DNA of 64,000 nt from the IMG/VR virus record IMGVR_UViG_3300028591_000005, positions 64,001 through 128,000 of that record. One strand, written 5' to 3'. Position 1 is the first letter of the stretch. Each line of letters opens with the position of its first letter. The notes beneath the pieces were generated by a model, which was not told the DNA's origin, made no database searches, and worked only from the letters and a program-made list of their open reading frames with translations. The translations under genes and the position numbers were made by a program. This stretch comes from a virus. Its lineage: Duplodnaviria > Caudoviricetes. Shown here one piece after another: positions 10,214 through 20,918 of this stretch.

Positions 10214-11755
10214 TTAAAAAGCGGATTCATCTTCGACTTTGATTTTTAACAAAGGCAAATCGATCACGTTATAAGCCCAATCTGTTACAAATATACCATC
10301 AAAAGTACAAGTACCTGTATTTGTTACCATCCAAATATAAATACCTTTTTGTTTATTTCCTCTATTTTTATAGACACTTTGTTTAACATTAGGAATAGGT
10401 AAACCATTCTTATTGCAAAATGGAGTTATCTTTTCCAAATCTTCTTTTCTAACTTCAAGAAGAATACTACCAAAGTCAATTCTATCTGCAATTGCTTTAG
10501 AACCTCTTAAGAGATTCTGGTCCGGAGTTTCTGACGTCTGATAATCTGCATTAAGCTGAGTGCTTGAAAGAATAAATACTCCTTGCTGTACAGTAATATC
10601 CTTTAATTTTGACGACATAAGGAAAAGGATATTATCTTCGCGGAGATTTTTTACTCCACTTTTTCCGCCAATTTCAGTTAATATTTTTGCAGATGAATGA
10701 ATATAATCAAAGAATACATATTGAACTTTATGTTCTCTAATATATTTCTTAATTATAGTTTCAATGTCTTCCATTGAGAAATCAGGTATACATATAAAGT
10801 ATATTTTACTTTGCTTTAATAATATTTTCGCTTTCTCAATACGTTCCCATTCTCCAGCATAGTAATCATGCATTAAGATATGGTCTTCTTCAACTCCTGC
10901 TATATTCGCAATAGCTGATACCTGGATTTCATCAAGGTCTTGCTCTGTTGCAATAAATAAAGTTGATTGAGGTGCGCCTAAAGTCTTCCATTTATTTTCT
11001 TTAATATCATATCTTTGTGAACAACCAATTGTGATTGCATCACTTATCATATTTCTTGTTTTTCCTACATTAGTTGCCGCAGATCTAAGATAAAACTTGC
11101 TTAATCTTGCACCACGTGTAACAGTTGTAAGATATATATCAGATAGAGGATAACCGACAGCAGGTACTTCGGCAAAGGAATCAATAAGCGAGTCAATTCC
11201 GTCACCTACCTGACATCCATCATCAGCAACATCCTCTACAAATTTCATTTTAATTTCATCAATCTTATCATTAATTTTATTATAAATATCTGATAAGGTT
11301 GCCGCATCAAGCCAATCTTCTTGCTCTTGCTTTCTTTTTACATTAAGAATTTCATTAGGATCATATATATCAGCAAGATCCATTCCTAAATTTTCATATG
11401 CACGAAGAAGTGTCATCTTCTTCATTCTTTTATAATAATAATTGAAAGTATTTGGATTGGCGATTTCCGCACTCTTAAGTAAAAATTGCTGACCATTTTG
11501 TGCTTTATATGTAGCAAGCATCTTTGGTCTTTGAGTTAAATAATCTTCAATTGCGGGAAGTGTTATTTCCTTAGCTCCGAGTTGCCAAAGATTATATATG
11601 CAACCAAATACTATTTTATGAAAATCATCATAAAAATCTTCGCTGTTAAATTTATACTCGTCATCTTTTTCAAATAATTTAGGATTTTTATATACGCATC
11701 CAATCACCTGGACAAGGTTTGATATTTCAGCATATTTACTACTCTTCATCTTCAA
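10214..11755 (-). CDS. dnaB: Replicative DnaB-like helicase
   Basis: AATNVGKT Walker A, ATEQ, FFDYI, STQLN, LRGSKAIADRID and KNR. Confidence 0.88.
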   Translation of the reverse strand: MKMKSSKYAEISNLVQVIGCVYKNPKLFEKDDEYKFNSEDFYDDFHKIVFGCIYNLWQLGAKEITLPAIEDYLTQRPKMLATYKAQNGQQFLLKSAEIANPNTFNYYYKRMKKMTLLRAYENLGMDLADIYDPNEILNVKRKQEQEDWLDAATLSDIYNKINDKIDEIKMKFVEDVADDGCQVGDGIDSLIDSFAEVPAVGYPLSDIYLTTVTRGARLSKFYLRSAATNVGKTRNMISDAITIGCSQRYDIKENKWKTLGAPQSTLFIATEQDLDEIQVSAIANIAGVEEDHILMHDYYAGEWERIEKAKILLKQSKIYFICIPDFSMEDIETIIKKYIREHKVQYVFFDYIHSSAKILTEIGGKSGVKNLREDNILFLMSSKLKDITVQQGVFILSSTQLNADYQTSETPDQNLLRGSKAIADRIDFGSILLEVRKEDLEKITPFCNKNGLPIPNVKQSVYKNRGNKQKGIYIWMVTNTGTCTFDGIFVTDWAYNVIDLPLLKIKVEDESAF

Positions 11756-12257
11756 ATTCTCCTAAATCAAATAATTTTCTTTTAGTTCCGCGTTTCTGCG
11801 GTGGTTTTATAATGATTTCTTTTATCTGCGTTAATAAACTTTTATCTTTATTTGCTTGTTGAGCCATAAATAAATTATAGTAATAATTATAAGCATCTTG
11901 ATAACAATATTCAATAATACCAATGCCACCATTGGTTTTGTCAATTGAATTATGCTTTACATCAAAGAAATATACAAGTGATTTTAACATACCACTATAA
12001 CTATACCCATTTGTTTCTTTGAATTTTTTTATTTGCTTATTTATTAATGCCCAATTTGCTTTATCACCAAATAATTGATTAATATAATCTTTTAATTTTT
12101 GCAATTCAGGATCAGCCTTTTCACCTAGTGGTACAAGTTCTCCGCTAGGCTCGCACTTATAATGAGCATATCTGCGGGCACCATGCTTTACCGCTTGTAT
12201 AACATTTGTGTCGAAAGTTTCTCCACATATCGCACACTTAACTAGATGTTTTGCCAT
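11739..12257 (-). CDS. Zn-finger protein coupled to DnaB (possible loader)
   Basis: CAIC...HYKC; overlaps the dnaB start. Confidence 0.5.
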   Translation of the reverse strand: MAKHLVKCAICGETFDTNVIQAVKHGARRYAHYKCEPSGELVPLGEKADPELQKLKDYINQLFGDKANWALINKQIKKFKETNGYSYSGMLKSLVYFFDVKHNSIDKTNGGIGIIEYCYQDAYNYYYNLFMAQQANKDKSLLTQIKEIIIKPPQKRGTKRKLFDLGEFEDEE

Positions 12258-12502
12258 CCTTATTTAGCTCCTCTCCGCACCAAGGACAATATTTTATTCC
12301 ATAAATTCTATAATCTGGATCATCACATTCAGTTTCTTTTATCTCAAAATACCATTCTCTAGTTAAGGGATACCACCAGCACTTAGGATGATTACATTTT
12401 TCTTTCATAAAATATTACCTCTTTTTATTATATATAAATATTATATCATATTTTTTTAAAAAAGTAAAGTGGGAAGCGTATTAATCGCTTCCCACATTTT
12501 TT

Positions 12503-13531
12503 TTATGCCTTAACTAAATCCTTTAATTCAGTAACAACAAGGTCAATTGCTTCAACCTGATCTCTTGTTGCATCTTTAATTTTCTTTCCTTTGCCGAGAT
12601 ACTTTTCAATGCACTGAGTAATTCTAGGCTGCCAATATTCTGCAAATTTCTTTCCTTCTTCTGTTTCACCAAGAGAATCTGAAGAACCGGGAATATTTGC
12701 AATAATACTAGTAAACTCTCCCATAAGCTGATCAAAATCAAGAGTAGAAGTAGTATCAATATGGACATTTTCTCTCTTGTCAGTAAAGAGTTCTGCTCCA
12801 TCTTCTTCCATCTGCTTATCAAGAGCATCACCAATTGCCTTTACAAGATTATCATAACTTAAATCTATATAATCGGGAGTATACTTAAAACGGGAACCAG
12901 CTTCATATCTTGAAGTTCCACGCATAAACATAACTACCTTTTCTTTTCCATCATCGCCAGGAACTGAACGAGTATAACCTATAATATCACACATTCTCGC
13001 AAGAACATTATTTGCTCTCTTATCAAGAGTAGGTACAATTTTATTAAACTCAGTTCCATTTTCATTCTTAAAAGTTTTATCTGTTTCATGAGAAATAATA
13101 ACAAGACCATATCCCATCTGAACAATTTGGCGAAGGCACTCGTCGAATTCTTTTTCAACTAAGCCATATCCCTTACCATAAGGAATATCTCCTACTGCAT
13201 CTACGTTATTATTATTACAGATATACTTTGTACAATAATCATATGCAATATCCGCTGTATCAACGATTATTGTTTCAAACATTTCTTTTGCTTTATCTTC
13301 CTTAAGCTGTCTAAGCACCTGTCTAAACTCACTCCATGAATTAATAGGCTGGGCCATTGCTCCTGGAATTGCTGAATAACCCTTTTCAAAAGCTAAAAGA
13401 AAATGCTTAGGGAACTTAACTGCGGTAGTTGTCTTACCGGTCTTCCATCCGCCATAAAGGAAGACACTATATCCGCGCATGTCTCGACTCACCTGATGAG
13501 GTTGTACACTAAAAATATCAATTGAACCCAT
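12503..13531 (-). CDS. AAA_24 / Sak4-like ATPase (ssDNA annealing)
   Basis: YGGWKTGKTT, FEKG, IVDTAD and ISHE motifs; next to the SSB-like gene. Confidence 0.8.
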   Translation of the reverse strand: MGSIDIFSVQPHQVSRDMRGYSVFLYGGWKTGKTTTAVKFPKHFLLAFEKGYSAIPGAMAQPINSWSEFRQVLRQLKEDKAKEMFETIIVDTADIAYDYCTKYICNNNNVDAVGDIPYGKGYGLVEKEFDECLRQIVQMGYGLVIISHETDKTFKNENGTEFNKIVPTLDKRANNVLARMCDIIGYTRSVPGDDGKEKVVMFMRGTSRYEAGSRFKYTPDYIDLSYDNLVKAIGDALDKQMEEDGAELFTDKRENVHIDTTSTLDFDQLMGEFTSIIANIPGSSDSLGETEEGKKFAEYWQPRITQCIEKYLGKGKKIKDATRDQVEAIDLVVTELKDLVKA

Positions 13532-13665
13532 AATCCAAAATTCCTTTCAAAAATTTCTAAACTCTATTTTTATTTTCATTTTTCGAGCGTCTGCGTTCCA
13601 AGCTCAATTATTTCTATATAAACTGAAAAGGAGGAGCAAAAGCTCCTCCCTCATTATTATTTATA

Positions 13666-14616
13666 TTAGAAATTAAAGCCGCCTGCTGCAGCGGTAGCAG
13701 TTGATGCTGAAGGAGTTGCAGCAGCTGCCTTAGATGCCTGATATTCATCCTGTCTCTTCTTAATATCAGCAAGATAAACCTCACGATCAGCCATAGCCTG
13801 CTTGATATCTTCCTCAGTAATTCCGTTCTCAGCATCACCAATCTCGTAAGTCTCCTTTGCAGTTCCAGTGATGACCCACTCTTTAAGAGTTCTTGTATAC
13901 TCCTTAACAGCAGCCTCACCAAATGCGGATTCCTCTTCTCTTCTTGTTACGATAGTCTGGCTCTCAATGTTTCCCCAAACCTTGGTAAATACAAGATTCT
14001 TAGGAGATGCATCAAAGCTCTCAAAATACTTAATTCCACCACTATTCTTAACAACAAGTTCAACAGGAAGAATTGCATTTCTAAAATTGAATACAGCTCC
14101 CTTAACTATAAGATAATCTGCATCAATATTCTTCTCAGGATCTGCCTCAATAAGACGAGTTCCATTAATAAGCATATCAAATTCAAACTTACTTCTTGCA
14201 GATTCTTCATCAAGCTTTGTAACTACAGTTACGAAACCACCATCATTTCTCTTTGCAGAAACAAGTGTTTCCTCACCATCACGATTGCTATAAAAATCAT
14301 TAAGACCAAGTGCAGTATCAACCTTAACCATGGTTGCATTATCGAAACCATCATTTACGACAGTCTTATACTTGCCCTCAACAATACCCTTGAGTACATT
14401 AAAAGTTGCATTTACAGTTCCCTTTGAAGTGGTAGCAGTTACATAAGTAAAATTAATAGTAACTACATTAAGTCCCTTATCATCTGTTGCAATATCAAGT
14501 GTTCCACCGATATACTCAGTTCCAGGATGCTTTGATCCTTCTCCGGTAACCTTAATTGCAAGATCATGATTATAAATTCTTCCACTTACTCTCTCTCTGT
14601 TAATAGCCTTCTTCAT
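13666..14616 (-). CDS. Putative ssDNA-binding protein
   Basis: Beta-rich with strong codon bias; low-complexity tail ending GGFNF; located in the replication module. Confidence 0.6.
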   Translation of the reverse strand: MKKAINRERVSGRIYNHDLAIKVTGEGSKHPGTEYIGGTLDIATDDKGLNVVTINFTYVTATTSKGTVNATFNVLKGIVEGKYKTVVNDGFDNATMVKVDTALGLNDFYSNRDGEETLVSAKRNDGGFVTVVTKLDEESARSKFEFDMLINGTRLIEADPEKNIDADYLIVKGAVFNFRNAILPVELVVKNSGGIKYFESFDASPKNLVFTKVWGNIESQTIVTRREEESAFGEAAVKEYTRTLKEWVITGTAKETYEIGDAENGITEEDIKQAMADREVYLADIKKRQDEYQASKAAAATPSASTATAAAGGFNF

Positions 14617-14686
14617 TTTAAACTCTCCTTAAAAAAATATTAATTTAATTTCTATAATAATATTATAACAAAAAATTTCAAAAATG

Positions 14687-15058
14687 TCAAGTTTCATCAG
14701 GATTTACGGTAACGCCCTTATCTGTAAGGCTATAAACTACAGGATTTTCACCCATCTTCTCCGCATAACCATCTGAAACTAACTTTCTTAAAGCACCAGA
14801 TGCGGTTCTTGAAGAAATTCCAAGTCCTTCACCAATATCTTTTGCTTTAAAAAGATTATTATATGTCTCCTTGTTATCCTGCATATACTTGAGTACTATA
14901 ATTCCATTAGGCGTAAATGCAGGCTTCTCCTTATCTCCAGTTGCGTTAAGTCCATTCCAATAATCAAGAGCATCAGAAGAAAACCATTCTTCTACTGAAT
15001 TTCCTGTTTTTTCAATAGCTCTTTTTACTTCATTAATAAAACATTCTTTCTTGCTCAT
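14687..15058 (-). CDS. Winged-helix DNA-binding protein
   Basis: AKDIGEGLGISSRTASGALRKLVSDGY HTH-wing pattern. Confidence 0.75.
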   Translation of the reverse strand: MSKKECFINEVKRAIEKTGNSVEEWFSSDALDYWNGLNATGDKEKPAFTPNGIIVLKYMQDNKETYNNLFKAKDIGEGLGISSRTASGALRKLVSDGYAEKMGENPVVYSLTDKGVTVNPDET

Positions 15059-15129
15059 TATAATCTCCTTGAAAAATAAAATATTATTTTTTTACTATAT
15101 AATAATTATATCATAATTTTTGTAAAATT

Positions 15130-15831
15130 TCAAGTTTGATTATAAAACAAGAATTCTTCCGCATATGGGAGAGTTTTGCACCAATCCACAAACTGATGCC
15201 ATTCTGTTAATTTATGAGAACTTCTCCAGTGAATTATATTGCGGAGAACAGCATAATCCGCAGTCCAAGTTCTTGTTTGAAGCCAAGATTCTGGAAGCCA
15301 ACGAATAAGCTCTTTCCAATATCTTCTATCTTTTGTTTCAAGATATTTTAAACGAAGTTCTTCACAATATTTTATAATATTCTCAAAGCCATAATTAAGT
15401 GGCTGTCCATTTAATTCCATCCATTCATTAAGATCATCTGTTTCAAAACAATCAAGAGTGATTGGTGTACTAGCTAACTTATGCATAGTTGAAGTAGAAT
15501 TAGCTGTAGTTCCAACTTTGTAAGTATCTAGCTCCTTCCAAAAATATAATGGAGCTGTTATATCTACACTTACAAAAATTTGACGAAGAAACTTATCATT
15601 AGGACTTCCCGCTTTAATCATTCTCTGCGCGAGGTTCATATCATTAGGACCAATACCTAAAAACGTACAATCTTTAGAATTTATATCTAAAGCCTGATGA
15701 AAGCATTTATTCTCATTTTCTTCAGTATCTTCATACCACATTGTATCGCCTTTAGCATAGCTTTCCATAGGATGTCGGAGGCCGTGCATCGCATTTTCCC
15801 AATTCCCTGTCCAACTTCTTTCAAATTTCAT
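15130..15831 (-). CDS. ThyX-like flavin-dependent thymidylate synthase-related protein
   Basis: KFLRQI.V.VDITAPLYFWKELDTYKVGT..NSTSTMH and R..HKL.EW; lacks the canonical RHR motif. Confidence 0.6.
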   Translation of the reverse strand: MKFERSWTGNWENAMHGLRHPMESYAKGDTMWYEDTEENENKCFHQALDINSKDCTFLGIGPNDMNLAQRMIKAGSPNDKFLRQIFVSVDITAPLYFWKELDTYKVGTTANSTSTMHKLASTPITLDCFETDDLNEWMELNGQPLNYGFENIIKYCEELRLKYLETKDRRYWKELIRWLPESWLQTRTWTADYAVLRNIIHWRSSHKLTEWHQFVDWCKTLPYAEEFLFYNQT

Positions 15832-16475
15832 TATATTACCTCTTTAGCAATTTCATCTACGAAACCTTTTTCTATTCCATCTTCCGCCGTATACCAAACA
15901 TCATCTTTCTTAATATCACTATACTCTTCTTCTGTTATTAAACTGTTCTCAATAACAATATCTTTAAGTTGTTTTAATTGACGCTTATAAAAGGCAGTAT
16001 AATTTTCAAATTGCGATGCAGTACCGCCATTTGATGTTGCTCCTTCATGGAATAAGAATGATGCATGAGGATATGCGATTCTCTTATGTCCACAAACAAA
16101 AGCAAAGAACCCACCTGAATAAGCACATCCAATACATATTGTCCAAATAGGTGTTTGAGACATCTTTATAGAATCAATAATAGTAAAAGTATCTGTAAGA
16201 TATCCGCCATTTGAATCAATATATATTTTGATGGGTTTTCTTTCTTCTATTGGAATATTATGTTTTTTATCATAATCATTCCAAAATTTAATATATCCGC
16301 TAATAGAAGAACCAACTCCATCATCTATATCATAAAGATATACTTCTCTATTAAGAGCACCATCAAGGTTAATTATATCTTCAAAATTTTTAGTATCTTC
16401 CTTTATATTTTGAGGAAGCTGTTTCATTAAATCTTCGAGGTCTATTTCAATATTATCAATGATACTATTTGACAT
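15831..16475 (-). CDS. clpP: ClpP-like protease subunit
   Basis: IYIDSNGG, CAYSGG (catalytic Ser), FLFHE (His) and D.WYTAED..EKGFVD. Confidence 0.85.
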   Translation of the reverse strand: MSNSIIDNIEIDLEDLMKQLPQNIKEDTKNFEDIINLDGALNREVYLYDIDDGVGSSISGYIKFWNDYDKKHNIPIEERKPIKIYIDSNGGYLTDTFTIIDSIKMSQTPIWTICIGCAYSGGFFAFVCGHKRIAYPHASFLFHEGATSNGGTASQFENYTAFYKRQLKQLKDIVIENSLITEEEYSDIKKDDVWYTAEDGIEKGFVDEIAKEVI

Positions 16476-16489
16476 AAGCCCCTCCTTTA

Positions 16490-17434
16490 TTATTTATTTC
16501 CACGATTTGAATTATATCCAAATTCATATGAATTATATAAATTTATATAATACTTTTCTTTTTCGTTTAATTGTTCTCTAGGGCATTCCTCAAGAACTTC
16601 AAAAGCAAAATTCCAAATACCATCTTCTTGCATTGCTTTATAAAGTTTATTACCTGCGGGAGTATCTATTCCAAGACCGCATTTCACATGATCAGTCCAG
16701 CGATCTTTGATGCTAACTGCTTGTCCAATATAGCACTCTTTTGTTTTAATATTAGTAATCTTATAAATACCTGTCTTATCACTAATACCCACGACATTAG
16801 CAGAAAGTGACTTTAATGGTTTTTGGAACCAGGTCTGCCAGATTAACATACTAAGTACTCGTGGTTTATTCAATGAAGGTTTAAGATTTTCTAACTTTGC
16901 TATATCAGATTTATCTGCATCAGATATTGGAACACAATAGAAAGAAATATTATTTTCAAGTTCTTTTTCTCTTCTTTGTGCTTCAATTGCGGCGGCCCGT
17001 GTTGAGCGGATTTTATCTAGATCTGCACGACACTCATCTGCTTCCCGCATTAATTTAAGTTGGAGATTAGAATATGCAGTATTAAGAGCATCTATCTCCA
17101 TATCATGCTCTTCTTCTGCTTCTTTATACTGATTCTCAAGTACACTTACATAATTTTCAAAAGCTTCTTGAGATAATCTTTTTTGATTTTCAAAAGAATT
17201 TGATAATTCTTTTTGTATTGTATTTAAATGTTCCTTTTTATTATCAATTTCTCTTTGCAAAGCATCAGAGTTTGATTTTTCAAGGGCAATATTTTTTTGT
17301 AATGTATTATATGTATTTTGTAATTCTTCATTCTGTATTTTTATTTCATTATCATATTGTAATTTATGAGTTATACAATAAACAGAAATAATAATACAAA
17401 GAATTACAATTATTATTAAAATAATATCAATCAT
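16490..17434 (-). CDS. Membrane-anchored coiled-coil protein with C-terminal GIY-YIG domain
   Basis: Hydrophobic N-terminus, long coiled coil, then TGIYKITN..YIGQ. Confidence 0.75.
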   Translation of the reverse strand: MIDIILIIIVILCIIISVYCITHKLQYDNEIKIQNEELQNTYNTLQKNIALEKSNSDALQREIDNKKEHLNTIQKELSNSFENQKRLSQEAFENYVSVLENQYKEAEEEHDMEIDALNTAYSNLQLKLMREADECRADLDKIRSTRAAAIEAQRREKELENNISFYCVPISDADKSDIAKLENLKPSLNKPRVLSMLIWQTWFQKPLKSLSANVVGISDKTGIYKITNIKTKECYIGQAVSIKDRWTDHVKCGLGIDTPAGNKLYKAMQEDGIWNFAFEVLEECPREQLNEKEKYYINLYNSYEFGYNSNRGNK

Positions 17435-17482
17435 AATAATAAAAAAATGGCTGAGTTCTTATAAAGAACTCAGCCTTTATTA

Positions 17483-17776
17483 TTACTCAGCCTGAGCTGC
17501 ATCTGCTGCCTTTGCTGCTGCATCATCATATGCAAGTCCTGCTTCGGTAGCCTTGATAAACTTAACAGTCTTGTGAGTACCATCCTCAAGTTCGATCTCA
17601 GCGGGAATTCTCTCTGCATATCCCTTTCTCTGAAGACCAGAGGTAACGATACCGTCAACTGACTTCTTCTCCATACCAAGTGCCTCAGCAATATCAGCTG
17701 CTGTCATGTTCTCATCCTTGTTATCCTTAAGATAATTAAGAACTACTAAACTCTTCTCACTTACTGCCTGTGCCAT
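17483..17776 (-). CDS. Small winged-helix protein
   Basis: MTAADIAEALGMEKKSVDGIVTSGLQRKGY; GGAG Shine-Dalgarno upstream. Confidence 0.75.
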   Translation of the reverse strand: MAQAVSEKSLVVLNYLKDNKDENMTAADIAEALGMEKKSVDGIVTSGLQRKGYAERIPAEIELEDGTHKTVKFIKATEAGLAYDDAAAKAADAAQAE

Positions 17777-18073
17777 AATAATTTTTCTCCTTTTTAAATA
17801 AAAAATTAATTAATTAAATAAATTCTATAAGTGATAGGTTTTATCACTTTTCATAAATAATTATACCAAAAATTTTGTATGTTGTCAAGTCATTTTCAAT
17901 TTTTGATATAAAATTTTTTCAAAGAATATTTTCTATCTCTTATAAAAATATTATACTAAAAATTTTTACAAAAGTCAAGTTTTTTGAAAAATTTTTAATT
18001 ATGAAAAATGAGGGAACTATCATATTATATGATTAAACCTCATTATCATTTTACTTCTTTTGCCCAAAGGCAA

Positions 18074-18182
18074 CAATACGGGTAAGGATTTGCACCTTAC
18101 ATGATTGGCTTTTATGTACATTTGCCCGAACCAACCTAATCGTTCCTCGGCTAACAGCGTCTACCTATTCCACCACCGCATT
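18074..18182 (-). ncRNA. tRNA-like RNA without a canonical anticodon arm
   Basis: AATGCGG/CCGTATT closing stem, Leu-type D region GTGGAATAGGTAGAC, and T-arm GTAAGG-TGCAAAT-CCTTAC; about 55 nt replace the anticodon/variable region. Confidence 0.6.
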
Positions 18183-18273
18183 TTTTTAATAGGCTGTCTC
18201 TTAAATTCCACTTAGCTACAGCGTTATACGAACTCGCCACTATCACATTGGCTTCCACAGTCTGTCGTAGCAC

Positions 18274-18585
18274 CTATTCTTTAATCTCTATCATATAATC
18301 CATACAGCTCCAACCACCATCAGCTTTTACTTTTGTAATTATTTTATCATAATATGAAATCAATTCATGATTTTCTTCGTCCATTTTTCCATGATGATAC
18401 CAAGCACATGCTTTTGGATTAAAATAATCTGTTCCGATAGAAATTCTGCCCCATTCAGTTTTATCAGATAATATAGCATTAACAAATTCTTCTACAGTAA
18501 TATTATTATAATGTAATATTACTTCATAAGGGGCAGTACAATCTCCTCTTGTTCGACCACATTGTTCTAATTCAAATATTTTCAT
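18274..18585 (-). CDS. Hypothetical protein
   Basis: Has its own sigma-A promoter and GGAG Shine-Dalgarno. Confidence 0.65.
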   Translation of the reverse strand: MKIFELEQCGRTRGDCTAPYEVILHYNNITVEEFVNAILSDKTEWGRISIGTDYFNPKACAWYHHGKMDEENHELISYYDKIITKVKADGGWSCMDYMIEIKE

Positions 18586-18650
18586 ATGCTCTCCAATTTA
18601 TTCTATAAATATTATAACAAAAATTTTCTAAAAAATCAACTTAAGATTTA

Positions 18651-20591
18651 TCAATATAGTCTATATAATTCTTCTTCTGAAATAACAGGAATACCGAGTC
18701 TTTTTGCATCAGCGCTCTTTCCAGTAGTGCTATTCTTGTCATTACATATAAGATATGTAGTCTTAGAAGAAACTGAACCGGTTACCTTGCCACCATGAGC
18801 TTCGATTTCCGCTTTAATATCATCACGCTTTTTACTGAGCTTGCCTGTAATAACAAAGACTTTATCTTTAACACCTTCAGACTGAGCAACCTCATTTGTC
18901 TCTACCGACTTAAAGTTAAGCATTTCCGCAATCTCGTCTGCCTCAGTATAATCAAAAGAGTTAATTGCTTTACTCATTTCAGGACCGAATCCATCAAAAG
19001 CCGTCCAATCTCCACCAACCGCATCTCTGAAATCTTTCCATGTTGGATAATACTTTACGATTTCTTTGGATATAGTTGATCCAACAAGTGGGATACCCAA
19101 TGCTGATATGAAAGCCTGTACTGATGTTCCAACTCTTGCGGCGTCAATAGCCGATAAGATTTTCCCGACAGAAGCTTCTCCAAAACCTGCTTTTGATACC
19201 CATTCAGCTTTATGTTCATTAAGTCTAAATATGTCTGCAAGTCCATTTATCCAGCCCCATTCAATTAACTTCTCTATTGTTTTAAGAGAAATACCTTTAA
19301 CGTCAAGACCTTTCTTACCAAAAAAATGGTCAATTCTATTTGCGAGTTTTCCTTCACATGCTGGATTACTACAAATAATAGTAAGAACTCCGCTATCTGA
19401 TTCAATAATATCTGTAGGTTTTCCGCATATAGGACATACATTACAAAATCCACTATTAAGAGTATGGTCATGAACTATATCATTTCTTTCTGCTCTTGAT
19501 ATTTGAGGAATTATCTGATTTTGTTTAACAACCCAAATTTTCTGATGTTTCTCAGGAAACATACCAAGAGTTTCTCTCATTATCGAAAGATTATGCATAG
19601 ACGCTCTTTCAATAATACTATCACCTGTATCAATAGGTTCAAATATTGCTACTGGTGTAAGAACTCCAGTTCTACCCATAGTCCATTCTATATCAAGTAA
19701 TTCAGTTTCATATTCTTCGTCATAAAATTTATAAGCAAGTCCACCGCGGAAATGATGTTCCGTATTTCCTAATGATTGATAATACTTACAATCATTATAT
19801 TTAATTACTAATCCATCAATAGGATAATGTAAATCTTTTGCAATTTCTTTTAAAGTATAAAAATCATCTTCAGTGGTGTAGAATTCATCTTTATCTTGAA
19901 ATAAAAACGGTACATTTTTAAACCCTAAATTGCATAAAGCATAAAGTTTATCAGAAAGAGTTTTTTCTGGCAATCCCTGGATACAATCCCATGCTATAAA
20001 AGATAAGCCACTATTACGATTTTCATTAGCATTAAGACGCCTGATAGCACCTGCCGCATAGTTTCTTGGATTGGCAAAATCATTTGAAAAATTCTTTTCA
20101 AAAGTTTCAGTATCACAAATAATTTCACCATCAACTATAAGAGTATCTTTAAATGGAATTTCTATAGGAACATTTTTTACAGTAATAATATTATGAGTAA
20201 TATCTTCACCTACTGCTCCATTTCCTCTTGTTTCTGCGGAAACAAGTTTTCCATCTTCATATTTTAAAGAAGCGGTAAGACCATCCATTTTAAGCATTGT
20301 AATAACTTCATTAGCTTTTTTAAATTCATTCACTTCTGATATTTCTTTTGTCTTAGCTAATGAAAGCATAGGATGATTATGTGCAACTTTATTTAATTTA
20401 GATACTTCTTCAAAATGAATTTTTTGAGTAGGGGAATCAGGATATATGATTCCTTCTTCCTCTTCCATTTTTACAAGTTTAAAATAAAGTTCATCCCACT
20501 CTTTATCAGAAATTGCGGGATGTCCTGCATCATATAACCTTGTATATTCATTAAGTTTATCTATAAGTTCTCTTATTGTATATTCAGGCAT
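18651..20591 (-). CDS. ligA: NAD-dependent DNA ligase
   Basis: HPMLSL, KMDG, NPRN, DGLVIK, GRTG, C4 zinc finger and BRCT domain; start is probably MPEY at 20591. Confidence 0.95.
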   Translation of the reverse strand: MPEYTIRELIDKLNEYTRLYDAGHPAISDKEWDELYFKLVKMEEEEGIIYPDSPTQKIHFEEVSKLNKVAHNHPMLSLAKTKEISEVNEFKKANEVITMLKMDGLTASLKYEDGKLVSAETRGNGAVGEDITHNIITVKNVPIEIPFKDTLIVDGEIICDTETFEKNFSNDFANPRNYAAGAIRRLNANENRNSGLSFIAWDCIQGLPEKTLSDKLYALCNLGFKNVPFLFQDKDEFYTTEDDFYTLKEIAKDLHYPIDGLVIKYNDCKYYQSLGNTEHHFRGGLAYKFYDEEYETELLDIEWTMGRTGVLTPVAIFEPIDTGDSIIERASMHNLSIMRETLGMFPEKHQKIWVVKQNQIIPQISRAERNDIVHDHTLNSGFCNVCPICGKPTDIIESDSGVLTIICSNPACEGKLANRIDHFFGKKGLDVKGISLKTIEKLIEWGWINGLADIFRLNEHKAEWVSKAGFGEASVGKILSAIDAARVGTSVQAFISALGIPLVGSTISKEIVKYYPTWKDFRDAVGGDWTAFDGFGPEMSKAINSFDYTEADEIAEMLNFKSVETNEVAQSEGVKDKVFVITGKLSKKRDDIKAEIEAHGGKVTGSVSSKTTYLICNDKNSTTGKSADAKRLGIPVISEEELYRLY

Positions 20592-20811
20592 CTCGTTCTT
20601 CCTTTGCTCTTTCTTTTTCAATTATTTGAAAATGTTTTGCATATTCTTCGGGATATTCTTCTTTGAATTCCTTATATAATTCTTCAAATTCTTCATTCAT
20701 TTTCTGATAATGAAAAATCATTCCAGCATGAATTTCAACATTTCTAATACACTCGTCAATTGTATGTAAACCACATTCTTTTCCAAACTCAATACAATTT
20801 TTTAATGTCAT
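20584..20811 (-). CDS. Hypothetical protein
   Basis: First gene after a sigma-A promoter. Confidence 0.6.
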   Translation of the reverse strand: MTLKNCIEFGKECGLHTIDECIRNVEIHAGMIFHYQKMNEEFEELYKEFKEEYPEEYAKHFQIIEKERAKEERDA

Positions 20812-20918
20812 ATTTTTCCCCTTTCATCTTATATAAATATTATATCAAAAATTTTATTAAAAATCAAAAAATGGGGATAGACCTAAGTCTATCCCCTAAT
20901 CGCCGCTTTTCAATTAAA

